Positions 18,287 to 27,300 of a DNA stretch of 32,000 nt are shown here, piece by piece. Under the pieces are notes generated by a model. That model was not told the DNA's origin and did no database searches. It was given only the letters and a program-made list of their open reading frames with translations. The stretch comes from Chitinophaga flava (GTDB lineage: Bacteria > Bacteroidota > Bacteroidia > Chitinophagales > Chitinophagaceae): the NCBI RefSeq assembly GCF_003308995.1, contig NZ_QFFJ01000001.1, forward strand, positions 3,081,605 through 3,113,604, in the 5' to 3' direction. Position numbers and translations under genes: made by a program. Each line of letters opens with the position of its first letter. Position 1 is the stretch's first letter.

Positions 18287-18957
18287 ACTTCCCACTTATA
18301 TCCGGTACCATAAACGGTTTTAAGGTAATTGCCTGCTCCGGCTTCTGTCAGCTTACGTTTCAGGTTTTTAATATGAGCATATACAAAATCGAAGTTATCC
18401 AACATATCGGCAATATCACCTGAAAGATGCTCTGCCAGTGCCATTTTGGAGATGACCCGATTTTTGTTGCCGATAAAATATAGTAAGAGATTGAACTCTT
18501 TTTTGGTGAGTGGCACCGGTTCTTCGTTGACAGATACGGTTTTGGCGGGCAGATCTATTTTTAATTCATTAAAAATGACGGTGTTGGCATTTCCGAAATT
18601 TTTTCTTCGGATGACAGAATAGATTCTGGCGGCCAGCTCCGGCAGATGGAAGGGCTTGGCAAGATAATCATCTGCTCCCAGCTGCAGACCAGCTATTTTA
18701 TCTTCCATAGCACCTTTGGCAGAGATGATAATGACACCTTCCTGCTTTTGCTGTTTTTTCAGTTCTTCCAGAATAGCCATACCATTGCCTCCCGGCAGCA
18801 TCAGATCCAGCAGAATACAGTCGTATTCGTAGATGGAGATTTTCTCAACCGCCTCATCGAAGGTGGCAGCAAACTCGCACAGGTAGTTCTCTCCGGCCAG
18901 ATAGTCCGCGATACTTTGTGCCAGTTCCTGTTCATCTTCGATAATCAAGATTTTCAT
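18283..18957 (-). CDS. OmpR/PhoB-family response regulator
   Basis: The receiver domain (MKILIIEDE...CILLDLMLPGGNG...KP) is followed by a winged-helix output domain (LTKKEFNLLLYFIGNKNRVISK...VYGTGYKW). Confidence 0.9.
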   Translation of the reverse strand: MKILIIEDEQELAQSIADYLAGENYLCEFAATFDEAVEKISIYEYDCILLDLMLPGGNGMAILEELKKQQKQEGVIIISAKGAMEDKIAGLQLGADDYLAKPFHLPELAARIYSVIRRKNFGNANTVIFNELKIDLPAKTVSVNEEPVPLTKKEFNLLLYFIGNKNRVISKMALAEHLSGDIADMLDNFDFVYAHIKNLKRKLTEAGAGNYLKTVYGTGYKWEV

Positions 18958-18977
18958 ACCGGCAAGTTATGCGAATG

Positions 18978-18996
18978 ATTCTGAAAAAATTCTGAA
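18978..18996 (-). promoter_or_regulatory. tandem direct repeat TTCAGAAT-TTT-TTCAGAAT (11-bp phase), candidate autoregulatory site upstream of the response regulator
   Basis: Plus-strand ATTCTGAA occurs at 18978-18985 and 18989-18996, 21-39 nt upstream of the ATG at 18957. It shares the core TTC-NN-AAT with the repeat at 16997-17016. Confidence 0.3.
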
Positions 18997-19014
18997 TTCA
19001 AGACAGGGGAGGGA

Positions 19015-20118
19015 TCATACCCGCCCCAGCAGCATGGCTTCGTCGGAGAAATTACGGTAGGCCCTTCCATTACCGAATCCTTCAGGGTTGATGGCATGGG
19101 CTTTTTTTCTGTTACGGAAAAAAACTTTTCGGCCCAGATAAATGGCCCGTTGCAACAGAAAAGTATCCCGCAACGCACCGGATGTGATCCGGTAAAAGGT
19201 ACGCTGATCGTCGGCAGACAGGGCGTCATTGGTCTCCCGGGTTAGTTGCAGGTATTTATGACCGTTTTCCCTGTATAGCTGTATGATATTGTCTGTTTCC
19301 CGATAGGTGCCGGTATATCGTTTTTTAGGCTTCAGTTCATCATCTGTGCTCTGATAGTGCAACAGGTCTCTGTCTACATAAAAACGTTCAAATGTGTGGT
19401 CATTCTGCAGGCATATCACCTCTGAAGTATCTTCACAATAGTGGCCTACCAGCAGATCGGTCATCCGGGTGGTTGTAAAACCGGAGGCGATGCGCATGGT
19501 ATCATCATGGCGGATGGCCTGCAGATAGGCCGGGTCACGGATGATGACCTTCTTTTTGCCATTGGCCACCAGACGGCCTTTGAAGTCCTGATCTTCATAA
19601 CCGTAGTCCATCACGCTCTCATCATATCCACGGAGCGCATTAAAATCGTCCCGGAGAACGCAGATGCGGCCTTGTACGTCCCACCATTTTTTGCCTGGGC
19701 CGATACCAGCCGGCGACATAAAACAAGGATACTCCCGGAGAAAAGTCTGATGAATATATGTTGCAAAGCCTTGTCCGGTGTAGTTATCAGCGTCTACGCT
19801 ACAGAGGATATCGCCGGAAGCCAGCCGGAAAGCCATATTCTTGGCATGGCTCATATGAAAATAAGCAGGGTCCGGATTATGATAGTATACCACTACACCT
19901 GATTCGATATAAGGCCGCAGTTCCTGTCGGGCCCATTGGTCCAGATCATCCCGGGAACCGTAGTTCAATAGCACAAATTCCAGCGGACTATAACCGGCAT
20001 TGTCCTGGATGTTTTGAAGCAGTGTTTTTTTCAGGTGCATGGTCCGGTTCATACACACCGTGCAGAAAGATATTTTATGTTGCAACATTTTCTTTAATGG
20101 GTGAGATGCATTTAGCAT
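19015..20118 (-). CDS. GT2-like (GT-A fold) glycosyltransferase with C-terminal extension
   Basis: ISFCTVCMNR, EFVLLNYGSRDD and AKNMAFRLASGDILCSVDADNY (DxD) follow the family-2 glycosyltransferase pattern. The C-terminal ~170 aa is unassigned. Confidence 0.6.
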   Translation of the reverse strand: MLNASHPLKKMLQHKISFCTVCMNRTMHLKKTLLQNIQDNAGYSPLEFVLLNYGSRDDLDQWARQELRPYIESGVVVYYHNPDPAYFHMSHAKNMAFRLASGDILCSVDADNYTGQGFATYIHQTFLREYPCFMSPAGIGPGKKWWDVQGRICVLRDDFNALRGYDESVMDYGYEDQDFKGRLVANGKKKVIIRDPAYLQAIRHDDTMRIASGFTTTRMTDLLVGHYCEDTSEVICLQNDHTFERFYVDRDLLHYQSTDDELKPKKRYTGTYRETDNIIQLYRENGHKYLQLTRETNDALSADDQRTFYRITSGALRDTFLLQRAIYLGRKVFFRNRKKAHAINPEGFGNGRAYRNFSDEAMLLGRV

Positions 20119-20215
20119 AACAAGGAAGAAGGTGCATTGTTTGAAGGGGTTATTGCAAAAATGTGAACTTATTATTAACTTCCTGATGGTTCCACGATTT
20201 ACACCGCTACCGCTT

Positions 20216-20223
20216 TAGATTTG
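20216..20223 (+). promoter_or_regulatory. Bacteroidetes-type -7 promoter box (TAGATTTG, consensus TAnnTTTG)
   Basis: Exact match to TAnnTTTG, 54 nt upstream of the ATG at 20277, in the divergent intergenic region. This is a single short motif. Confidence 0.25.
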
Positions 20224-20276
20224 CAGCGTTTTTTAAAATTCTTTTCAACCATTTATATACGCTTAAACAACACCCT

Positions 20277-21542
20277 ATGAAACATTCTGTTTATCGGATT
20301 CCACTGTTATTATCCGTTTGTTTGGCTGCCTGTAATAAAAACATGGTAGACCAGGTGTCGCCACCACGTACGCAGCAGCAACAGTCAGCACAAGTAAGCC
20401 CATTGGCCGCCAGCACTGTTACTTTTACAGACGAGAGTAGTTTTGTGAACAGTCTTTCTTCCTATGGATTTAAAACGCCGGACCAGCTTAACCTCAACCG
20501 GATAGCCTCTACCAGTGGTTATAATACGGTATATGGGTTTAATATTCCGGCAGCCAATCAGGTGACCGGTTTCAAATGGAACAGCGGCGACGAACAGACC
20601 CAGGACTGGCGTCCACAGGGAATTACCGGCTTCAGCTGGGGAGGAAAAAAATTCCTGCTGGTAACCTGGTATGGCGTTGATCCCAGCACTATTGCCGGCA
20701 TCAACAACCAACATAAAGGAGTTCGTGTATCCCTGGTAGATATCAGCGATATGAGCAATATAACGTACAGGCATATACTGCTGGTACAAAACGCAGCCAA
20801 TATGTCTAACTCCGCATTGTATAAGGCTTCCAATCCCTATACCCAGCTGGCATCGTTTTGCCCGGTTACCATCCATGCGGGTGGAGTGGCCTATTATGCA
20901 GGTAAGATATACGTAGCCGATACCAACCTGGGCATCCGCGTATTTGACCTCAACACGATGGTATCTGCCGCCGGTGACTCCAGCGAAAGCCGTATTGGTA
21001 AAGAAAGTAATGGAGATCTCAAAGCGTTCAACTACGGATACATCCTGCCGCAGATAGGCTATTACAAAATCACCAATGCCAAACCATTCTCCTGTATTGA
21101 ACTGGGAGAGGGAGCCACTCCGGGTGAAAAATATCTGTGGACCGGTCAGTATATCACTTCTTCCGAAACAGCCATACCACAGGTTTTCGGGTTTCCGATC
21201 GATGCCAGCGGACAGGTGAGCACCAGCACACAGCCTACTATCATCACCCCCGTTGACAACGACAGCGGCCATGTATATGGCATGCAAGGCGTTTTCAGAG
21301 CCGGTAGCAAAACGTTTATGACTACCACCGGCAACAGCTCCTACCTTGGCTCTACTGCCCGCCTGGTACGTTATAGCGACGGCACCACCGCCGGTACCCG
21401 TTACCGCTGGCCTCATGGTGCTGAAGACCTTTTCCGTGACAGTACCACAGGCTACCTCTGGAACCTTACTGAATACGAAACAGCCAAATACGGACAAGAT
21501 AACAGAGTGGTGTTTGCAGTGCGGTTATCAGATTATCAATAA
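20277..21542 (+). CDS. hypothetical lipoprotein
   Basis: 421-aa ORF with a lipobox-like signal (LLLSVCLAAC-NK). ATG start and a strong terminator downstream. No catalytic motif recognised. Confidence 0.6.
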   Translation: MKHSVYRIPLLLSVCLAACNKNMVDQVSPPRTQQQQSAQVSPLAASTVTFTDESSFVNSLSSYGFKTPDQLNLNRIASTSGYNTVYGFNIPAANQVTGFKWNSGDEQTQDWRPQGITGFSWGGKKFLLVTWYGVDPSTIAGINNQHKGVRVSLVDISDMSNITYRHILLVQNAANMSNSALYKASNPYTQLASFCPVTIHAGGVAYYAGKIYVADTNLGIRVFDLNTMVSAAGDSSESRIGKESNGDLKAFNYGYILPQIGYYKITNAKPFSCIELGEGATPGEKYLWTGQYITSSETAIPQVFGFPIDASGQVSTSTQPTIITPVDNDSGHVYGMQGVFRAGSKTFMTTTGNSSYLGSTARLVRYSDGTTAGTRYRWPHGAEDLFRDSTTGYLWNLTEYETAKYGQDNRVVFAVRLSDYQ

Positions 21543-21568
21543 TCAAATAAATGAATAGTCAAATAATC

Positions 21569-21600
21569 AAGAAGCATATCGCATCAACGATATGCTTCTT
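21569..21600 (+). terminator. intrinsic terminator after the lipoprotein gene
   Basis: Perfect 13-bp stem AAGAAGCATATCG / CGATATGCTTCTT with 6-nt loop CATCAA, 27 nt after the stop. The T-tail is weak (CCATTTCT). Confidence 0.55.
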
Positions 21601-21652
21601 CCATTTCTGAAATGTTTTATCTTGAACGTTTGTTAATTCAACCTATTTATCT

Positions 21653-22498
21653 ATGAAACATTTTCTTCTTATTGTAGCAGCACCATTCGTTTGTACCTTA
21701 ACCACCCAGGCACAAACTCTTGACAACGTTTTAAAGAATGGTAATACAACTACCGAAACCATCATTACTTCGAATGCAGAAGGCCTGAAAATAGCAAACA
21801 ACAATGCCTTTATATCAGGCTGGAATGCTCAAAACACTGCCAGGACAGGCTATTTGCAGTTCAACTCTTCAGGGAACATATCACTGTCTGCCGAGGGCGC
21901 CAGAAGTATTCTTTTACTGACCAATCAACAACCCAGAGTTACTATAACAGAAAATGGTTATGTAGGGATTGGTACAACACGGCCCGCGCAGAAATTTGTA
22001 GTTTCCAATAACGAACAGGAAGGACTGGAGGTCTATCTTGAAAACAATGGCATCGTAGGGCTACAAGCCTATAACCGGCAAACGTCCCACTATATGCCTA
22101 TGTATATCGATGCCTCCCATCTTGCCATCACATACGGCAGTGTAAGTATTGGCACACCTTCTCCCAAATCAGAACTTACTGTTAACGGCACTATCACCAC
22201 AAAAAAAATAAAAGTCACTGCCGAAAACTGGCCCGACTATGTATTTCGTAAAGACTACGTACTCCCTTCCTTACAGGATGTGGAAAACTTTATAACTACC
22301 CGTCAGCACTTGCCAGGCATTCCTGCTGCCGCTACCGTAGAAAAGGAAGGGCTGGAACTGGGAGAAATCAACCAGAAGCTGCTGCAGAAAATTGAAGAAC
22401 TAACGCTATACCTGATTGATGAACATAAAAAAAATAAAGAACTGGAAAAACAGGTTTCTTTATTGAATGAACGACTAACAAAACTGGAGCGGCCATAA
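21653..22498 (+). CDS. secreted fibre-like protein with conserved C-terminal WPDYVF...HLPGIP module and coiled coil
   Basis: Signal peptide MKHFLLIVAAPFVCTLTTQAQ. The C-terminus (NWPDYVFRKDYVLPSLQDVENFITTRQHLPGIPAAATVEKEGLELGEINQKLLQKIEELTLYLI) is a module I recall from Bacteroidota proteins annotated as tail-fibre-domain or hypothetical. Confidence 0.5.
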   Translation: MKHFLLIVAAPFVCTLTTQAQTLDNVLKNGNTTTETIITSNAEGLKIANNNAFISGWNAQNTARTGYLQFNSSGNISLSAEGARSILLLTNQQPRVTITENGYVGIGTTRPAQKFVVSNNEQEGLEVYLENNGIVGLQAYNRQTSHYMPMYIDASHLAITYGSVSIGTPSPKSELTVNGTITTKKIKVTAENWPDYVFRKDYVLPSLQDVENFITTRQHLPGIPAAATVEKEGLELGEINQKLLQKIEELTLYLIDEHKKNKELEKQVSLLNERLTKLERP

Positions 22499-22693
22499 TC
22501 GTGAACCAGACACATGACAAGTTTGAGTTTTTCCTAAAATCTGCTTATTTATGTAATTTTACCTGCTTTTACAACGCTCATCGTTGCAAAATCCATAAAC
22601 CATGCTTATCCAAGGGGAACCTGGTTCATCCCGAACAATTCGGTATACCTGTGCCTATTTCCAAGATCGCATCCAAATTAAAACACAACAAAA

Positions 22694-23482
22694 ATGGTTG
22701 TACTAACAAAACTCTACGGTCAAACCAGCAACAACTTTTTACAATTTATACACCTGGATTCATTTTGCAGGGAAAACAATATCCCTTTCCATAGTCCCTA
22801 TTTCAGGAAATATTTTGATCAGTATCCTGCATTGCAGTCTTATGGTGTTAACTATTCGAAAGTGCTGATGAAGTTTTTCATCAGAACGAAACTGTATAAA
22901 GAATTTAGTTTTGTTGATGACACTCAGATTTCTGCTTATAAAAATGCGATCCTTACGAGAAAACGATTGTTTTGTGAAGGCTGGTACTTCAGCAGCAAAG
23001 AAACTGTTGAAAAAAACAGAAGCCTTTATCAGCAGCTATTTACACCAAACATCGATCAGCAGGATTTCCACAATAAATACCTGAAAAAAGAAAATAATGA
23101 AACCATCATTGGTGTTCATATCCGTCGTGGTGATTACAAAGAGTTCCAGGGTGGTGAATATTATTTTGAAGATGATGTTTATATTGATAAAATAAAACAG
23201 CTGTTGAACAACCTGAATACGCCACATAAGGTGATCATCTTCACTAATGATGATGCGCTGAATAAAGCTAATTACACGCAGCATTTTAATGTGTTGTTCT
23301 CAGAAAATCCAGTGCATGTTGACCATTTCCTGATGTCACGCTGTGACTACCTGATCGGGCCTGTGAGCTCATTTTCGTTATGGGCCAGTTATATCGGAGA
23401 AACACCTTTATTTCATATTCGTACAGCCAATGACGTTGTCACGCTGGACAAATTCAAAATTTGCGACGGAAACTGGTTTTAA
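22694..23482 (+). CDS. GT11-like (alpha-1,2-fucosyltransferase-like) glycosyltransferase
   Basis: GVHIRRGDY (the HxRRGDY signature), IIFTNDD, and DHFLMSRCDYLIGPVSSFSLWASYIG (compare D..LMS.C.h.I.sNSTFSWWaAyL in GT11). The N-terminus VVLTKLYGQTSNNFLQFIH parallels GGLGNQMFQYA. Confidence 0.55.
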   Translation: MVVLTKLYGQTSNNFLQFIHLDSFCRENNIPFHSPYFRKYFDQYPALQSYGVNYSKVLMKFFIRTKLYKEFSFVDDTQISAYKNAILTRKRLFCEGWYFSSKETVEKNRSLYQQLFTPNIDQQDFHNKYLKKENNETIIGVHIRRGDYKEFQGGEYYFEDDVYIDKIKQLLNNLNTPHKVIIFTNDDALNKANYTQHFNVLFSENPVHVDHFLMSRCDYLIGPVSSFSLWASYIGETPLFHIRTANDVVTLDKFKICDGNWF

Positions 23483-23505
23483 ACAAAACCAGTTTCTTGT
23501 TTTTC
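23471..23505 (+). terminator. intrinsic terminator overlapping the GT11-like stop codon
   Basis: Perfect 10-bp stem AACTGGTTTT / AAAACCAGTT with 4-nt loop AAAC (the stop TAA lies at 23480-23482), followed by TCTTGTTTTT. Confidence 0.55.
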
Positions 23506-23632
23506 AGATAAACTTATCTTATATTTAAATATCTATCCAACGATTCATATCAGAATAACCGTCACATAAAACGTACCTGTAATTTTTCCTGATTATCCAC
23601 GATTTTCATTTATAACCCAAAATCCAAACATC

Positions 23633-23815
23633 ATGAAAAAGAAAAAAGTAACCCTCAATCCCAAACTGTTCATCAACAAACTTACTATCACTTCCTTAAC
23701 CACAGAACAACAGGAGAAAGTGGCTGGTGGCGCAACTGCAGGTGTTATCTGCATGACCACCGAGACACGTCGTCCAACTGATTGTTCTGCTACTCCAAAT
23801 CACGCTTGCTGCTGA
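23633..23815 (+). CDS. RiPP/bacteriocin-like precursor peptide with Bacteroidetes-type double-glycine leader and Cys/Thr-rich core
   Basis: 60 aa. The leader is MKKKKVTLNPKLFINKLTITSLTTEQQEKVAGG (GG at nt 23726-23731). The 27-aa core ATAGVICMTTETRRPTDCSATPNHACC has 4 Cys and 7 Ser/Thr. ATG start, its own upstream AT-rich region, and a hairpin downstream. Confidence 0.6.
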   Translation: MKKKKVTLNPKLFINKLTITSLTTEQQEKVAGGATAGVICMTTETRRPTDCSATPNHACC

Positions 23816-23841
23816 TATCAGTAGTCTAAGTTCTTATTTGA

Positions 23842-23902
23842 GTATCCCCGTTTCGGAAGGTGATTTGGTTTTCAGGTAAGATCATCCTCCGAATGGGGAT
23901 AC
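23842..23902 (+). terminator. long imperfect stem-loop after the peptide gene (possible terminator/attenuator)
   Basis: GTATCCCC-G-TTTCGGAAGG ... CCTCCGAA-T-GGGGATAC gives about 16 paired positions with bulges and a ~25-nt loop, then CTTGTGTTTGT. It starts 27 nt after the stop. Confidence 0.4.
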
Positions 23903-23958
23903 TTGTGTTTGTAAGATTACAAACTACCACGCCACTTAGTAACTTTATCAAATTACTT

Positions 23959-24042
23959 ATGCCAGTTTTCTCCGGACTGGCTGCTGGTATCATCTTGATA
24001 GTCATGTATATGCCTATGTCTATTTTATGGCAAACACTCTAA
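23959..24042 (+). CDS. possible 27-aa hydrophobic micropeptide (speculative)
   Basis: ATG-initiated MPVFSGLAAGIILIVMYMPMSILWQTL is a single predicted TM helix. There is no clear RBS or promoter. It is in frame with the GTG-started 60-aa track ORF at 23860. Confidence 0.2.
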   Translation: MPVFSGLAAGIILIVMYMPMSILWQTL

Positions 24043-24364
24043 TAATTTCAACCAGGTTATCTACTGGAAAGGAATGTTGTACAATACTGGCTAATTAATT
24101 ACATTCGTATTAGTTCCTTTTACCCATTATCTGTGCTCAAATTTTCATGAGCCCTATATCATTGTAACTTTTAAATTATCACCTATATCTTATGTTTAAA
24201 TGTGAGTATGCACTGATATTTTCCTGAGGGATATCCCCCTTTATATGTTGGCCCAGCAGTAGCTTATTGTAGCTGAGTGTTCCCGGATTTGTATCTTTTT
24301 TATGCCATCATATCAGCGTTACAATCAATCAAACATCTCTAGTTCTTAATCTAAAAATCCCTAT

Positions 24365-27300
24365 ATGATCACTAGCAAAGAACGGCTTAGAAAACATCTT
24401 GCGATGTTTTTCCTTGCTCTTCTGGTTTACCAGATTGGATTTCCAGCTGCAGCCTATGCACTTACTTCCGGGCCCACAGCACCGGAAGCTACCAGTTTTG
24501 AGCCTGTGGATACTACAGATATGGTAAATCTTCAAACCGGAGATTTCACCTATAACCTTCCATTATTAGAAGTACCGGGTCCGGAAGGAGGCTACCCATT
24601 ATCATTATCTTATCATGCCGGTATTCAGGTAGGAGAAGATGCAAGCTGGACGGGACTCGGATGGACGCTGAATCCCGGAGCAATTACCCGTAACGTAAAC
24701 GGCTATCCGGATGACTGGTTTTCAGAAACACAATTAAGAAGAGATTATTGGGAAGGTGGTCAAACCAATACTTATAACGTAGGCGTCAGCGTTGGTATCG
24801 CCAATACGCCGGCCACTGTTAGTTTTGGCCTTGCTTTTTCCCAGGACACCTACCAGGGATTTGGTGTTGGTGGCAGTGTGGGAGTAGGCGCTAACTACGG
24901 CCCTCTTCATATCGGTGCAGAAGTAGGAGTGACCCCATTTGGGCAATCATATCAGTCTATAGGCTTCAGCGCTTCCACTTCATCCGGTGGAAGTCTGGGT
25001 GTATCTGTAAGCGGTGGGCTTTCCACCAGCGGCGGATATGCCGGTGTGAGCGCAGGAAATTCTTTCCTGGGTGCCAGTATGGGAACAAATGGTCTTTCTA
25101 TGATTGTTGGAGAAGGTATCACTGGTACTACCAATAATGACAGGTCAGGGGAGATCTCTACTAAATCCAGCGGTCTTTCTGTAGATATCCCTATCGGATA
25201 TGTTAATATAAGGCTGGGGTATAACCACACCCGTTACTGGTCAGATGAGAATGTTAATATACCCGCTCACGGCAGCTTGAATCTCACCGGCTGGAATATG
25301 CTGGACAATCATGCCTATGATTGTTATTCCCTGCTAAACTATGATCCCGCCAACTATAACGCCACTAATATCGTCGATAACAGCGACCCGGATGTATTGC
25401 AGGGTGGCACCTTTCCGGATTATGACAACTATGTTGTGACCGCTCAGGGTCTTGCCGGCACCATGCGGCCTTATGGCTTCCAGAACTACGTGGCAAGGCA
25501 AAACAGAAGCAATAGCAACCGTACTACGATTATGTACGTATGTCCCGGGCAAACCAATACCTTTAATATGCTGGGTAAGCAGCCCCAGTTCAGGTTTGAT
25601 AACGACTTCTCCAATCAATACCGCCAGAATTTCAACGATATTGATGTGGTAAATGTATATGCCATGAATCTGCCGGCTCCATTTGACCCAAATCCCGTTT
25701 ATGGAAATAATGATGGTACTTATGGTTATAACACGGCTACCACACAGCTCGCAGGTTCCCGCAGTATTCGTACGATAGATTATGCCACACTCTTCGGAGC
25801 CAGTGATAAGAAGGGATTCCTGTATCCATCAGGAACAACCGGTTTTGTGTATAATTCCGCACTGGCTAAAAGCATAGGAGGATTTGCGGTCACAAACAGC
25901 AGCGGTGTAACCTACCACTACAGTTTGCCTGCCTATTCCTATAATGAAAGCATTTACTCTGAAAAAATAGATCCTTCTAAAGGACCAGGGCAAAGTAAAA
26001 GCTTTAACCGTCAGGTAAAACCGGGTAAGTATGCTTATACCTGGTACCTGACAGGTGTTACAGGCCCCGATTATGTTGACAAGAATAATAATGGCATTCT
26101 TGATGAAGGCGACTGGGGATACTGGGTAAAGTTTGAATATGGTAAATGGACAGATACCTATTGCTGGAGAAATCCGGAAACAGGCTTTGCTCCCGATATT
26201 GATAACAAATTCCAGAATGCATCAAAGGGACAAAAAGAAGTTTATTACCTCAATGCCATCAAAACAAGGAGCCATACAGCCTTGTTTGTGAAAGATCTCC
26301 GTACAGATGCGCGTGGAGCTTCGCCCACCATTATGCAAAGCACAGGTGATACAGAAAGTGTTGGAGCCTATGATGGCAACTCTGCCTATAGCCTCAGCCT
26401 GAATCGCATCCTGTTGTATAACAATGCAGATCTTCCTGCTTTGAATATGAACAGCAGTAGTGAACTGAATATCGCAGCACATTACGCAGGCAATGTATTA
26501 GATAAGTACGACGTGGCAGATCCCAGCTTCCTGCAGAAAGCATTCAGAGTGATTGACTTCAAATATGATCTCAGCCTTTGTTTTTATACGCCAAATAGTT
26601 TCAGCGGAAGTTCAACCCGCGTGACAGCTGGTAAGCTGACCTTAAATCAGTTAGTAGTACGCGGCAAAGGTGGGGCCTGTATGCTCCCTTCAACAGATTT
26701 TCAATATGAAGTGGATGATACAAATATGGGCACCATCACAGCCTCCACTGCACCAGGAAGCAATAGTATCGGAAACATTACCTGCTCCAATATCGCAAAC
26801 GGCCAGTATAACGTAGGTGATATTCTCAATATTTATATAGGTCGCGGACGCTATAGCGGAGTGATCACAAAAAAATATTCGGCTACTTCATATGACGTGA
26901 AATACTTCCCGGGTATGGCGTCCGGAGGTGGCTCCGGCACTTGTTACATTACAAAAAATCCAATCTATCTGCAGGATGCAAAAGATATCTGGGGATTGTA
27001 CAAATCTGATTATGATGCCGCTGCTTATGCACAAAACAGCAATATTGGTGGTGCAAGAACCTATGCTTCTGCAGGAAGTGCGGATGCATGGTCTCTCAGA
27101 AAAATCACTACGCAACTGGGAGCCAAGATTAGAGTGGAGTATGAATCAGATGTATACAACAAGGCAGTATTAAATAGCTCTTCATCATCTGTTATCAACA
27201 ATTTTAGTTACAACTCAACCACCAAGCAGCTGAGCTTTAAGGTTAACAGCATTGGAGATGGTTTGTCTCTGAGTAATACCTATAAGGTGGGCACAAAATT

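Noticed and set aside
20385-21497. 370-aa minus-strand ORF overlapping the 421-aa lipoprotein gene
   Set aside because: The plus-strand ORF has a lipobox signal peptide, an ATG start, an upstream TAnnTTTG box and a downstream terminator. The antisense translation is Gly/Ala/Val-rich noise with no signal or motifs.
22500-22630. 8-bp inverted repeat (TGAACCAG / CTGGTTCA) about 110 bp apart upstream of the GT11-like gene, considered as a possible invertible promoter
   Set aside because: The arms are too short and could match by chance, and there is no nearby site-specific recombinase.
22501-22794. 97-aa ORF upstream of and overlapping the GT11-like gene
   Set aside because: It has a non-ATG start, is out of frame with and overlaps the motif-bearing GT11-like ORF, and its sequence has no recognisable features.
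22694-23815. Glycocin-like system in which the GT11-like enzyme glycosylates the Cys/Ser/Thr-rich peptide
   Set aside because: A perfect 10-bp stem terminator overlaps the GT stop, so the genes look transcriptionally separate. Known glycocin glycosyltransferases are SunS-like GT2 enzymes, and no C39-peptidase transporter is present. I keep this only as a remote possibility.
23860-23958. GTG-initiated 60-aa version of the small hydrophobic ORF
   Set aside because: Its first codons lie inside the loop and 3' arm of the long hairpin after the peptide gene. Only the ATG-initiated 27-aa distal part is kept, at low confidence.
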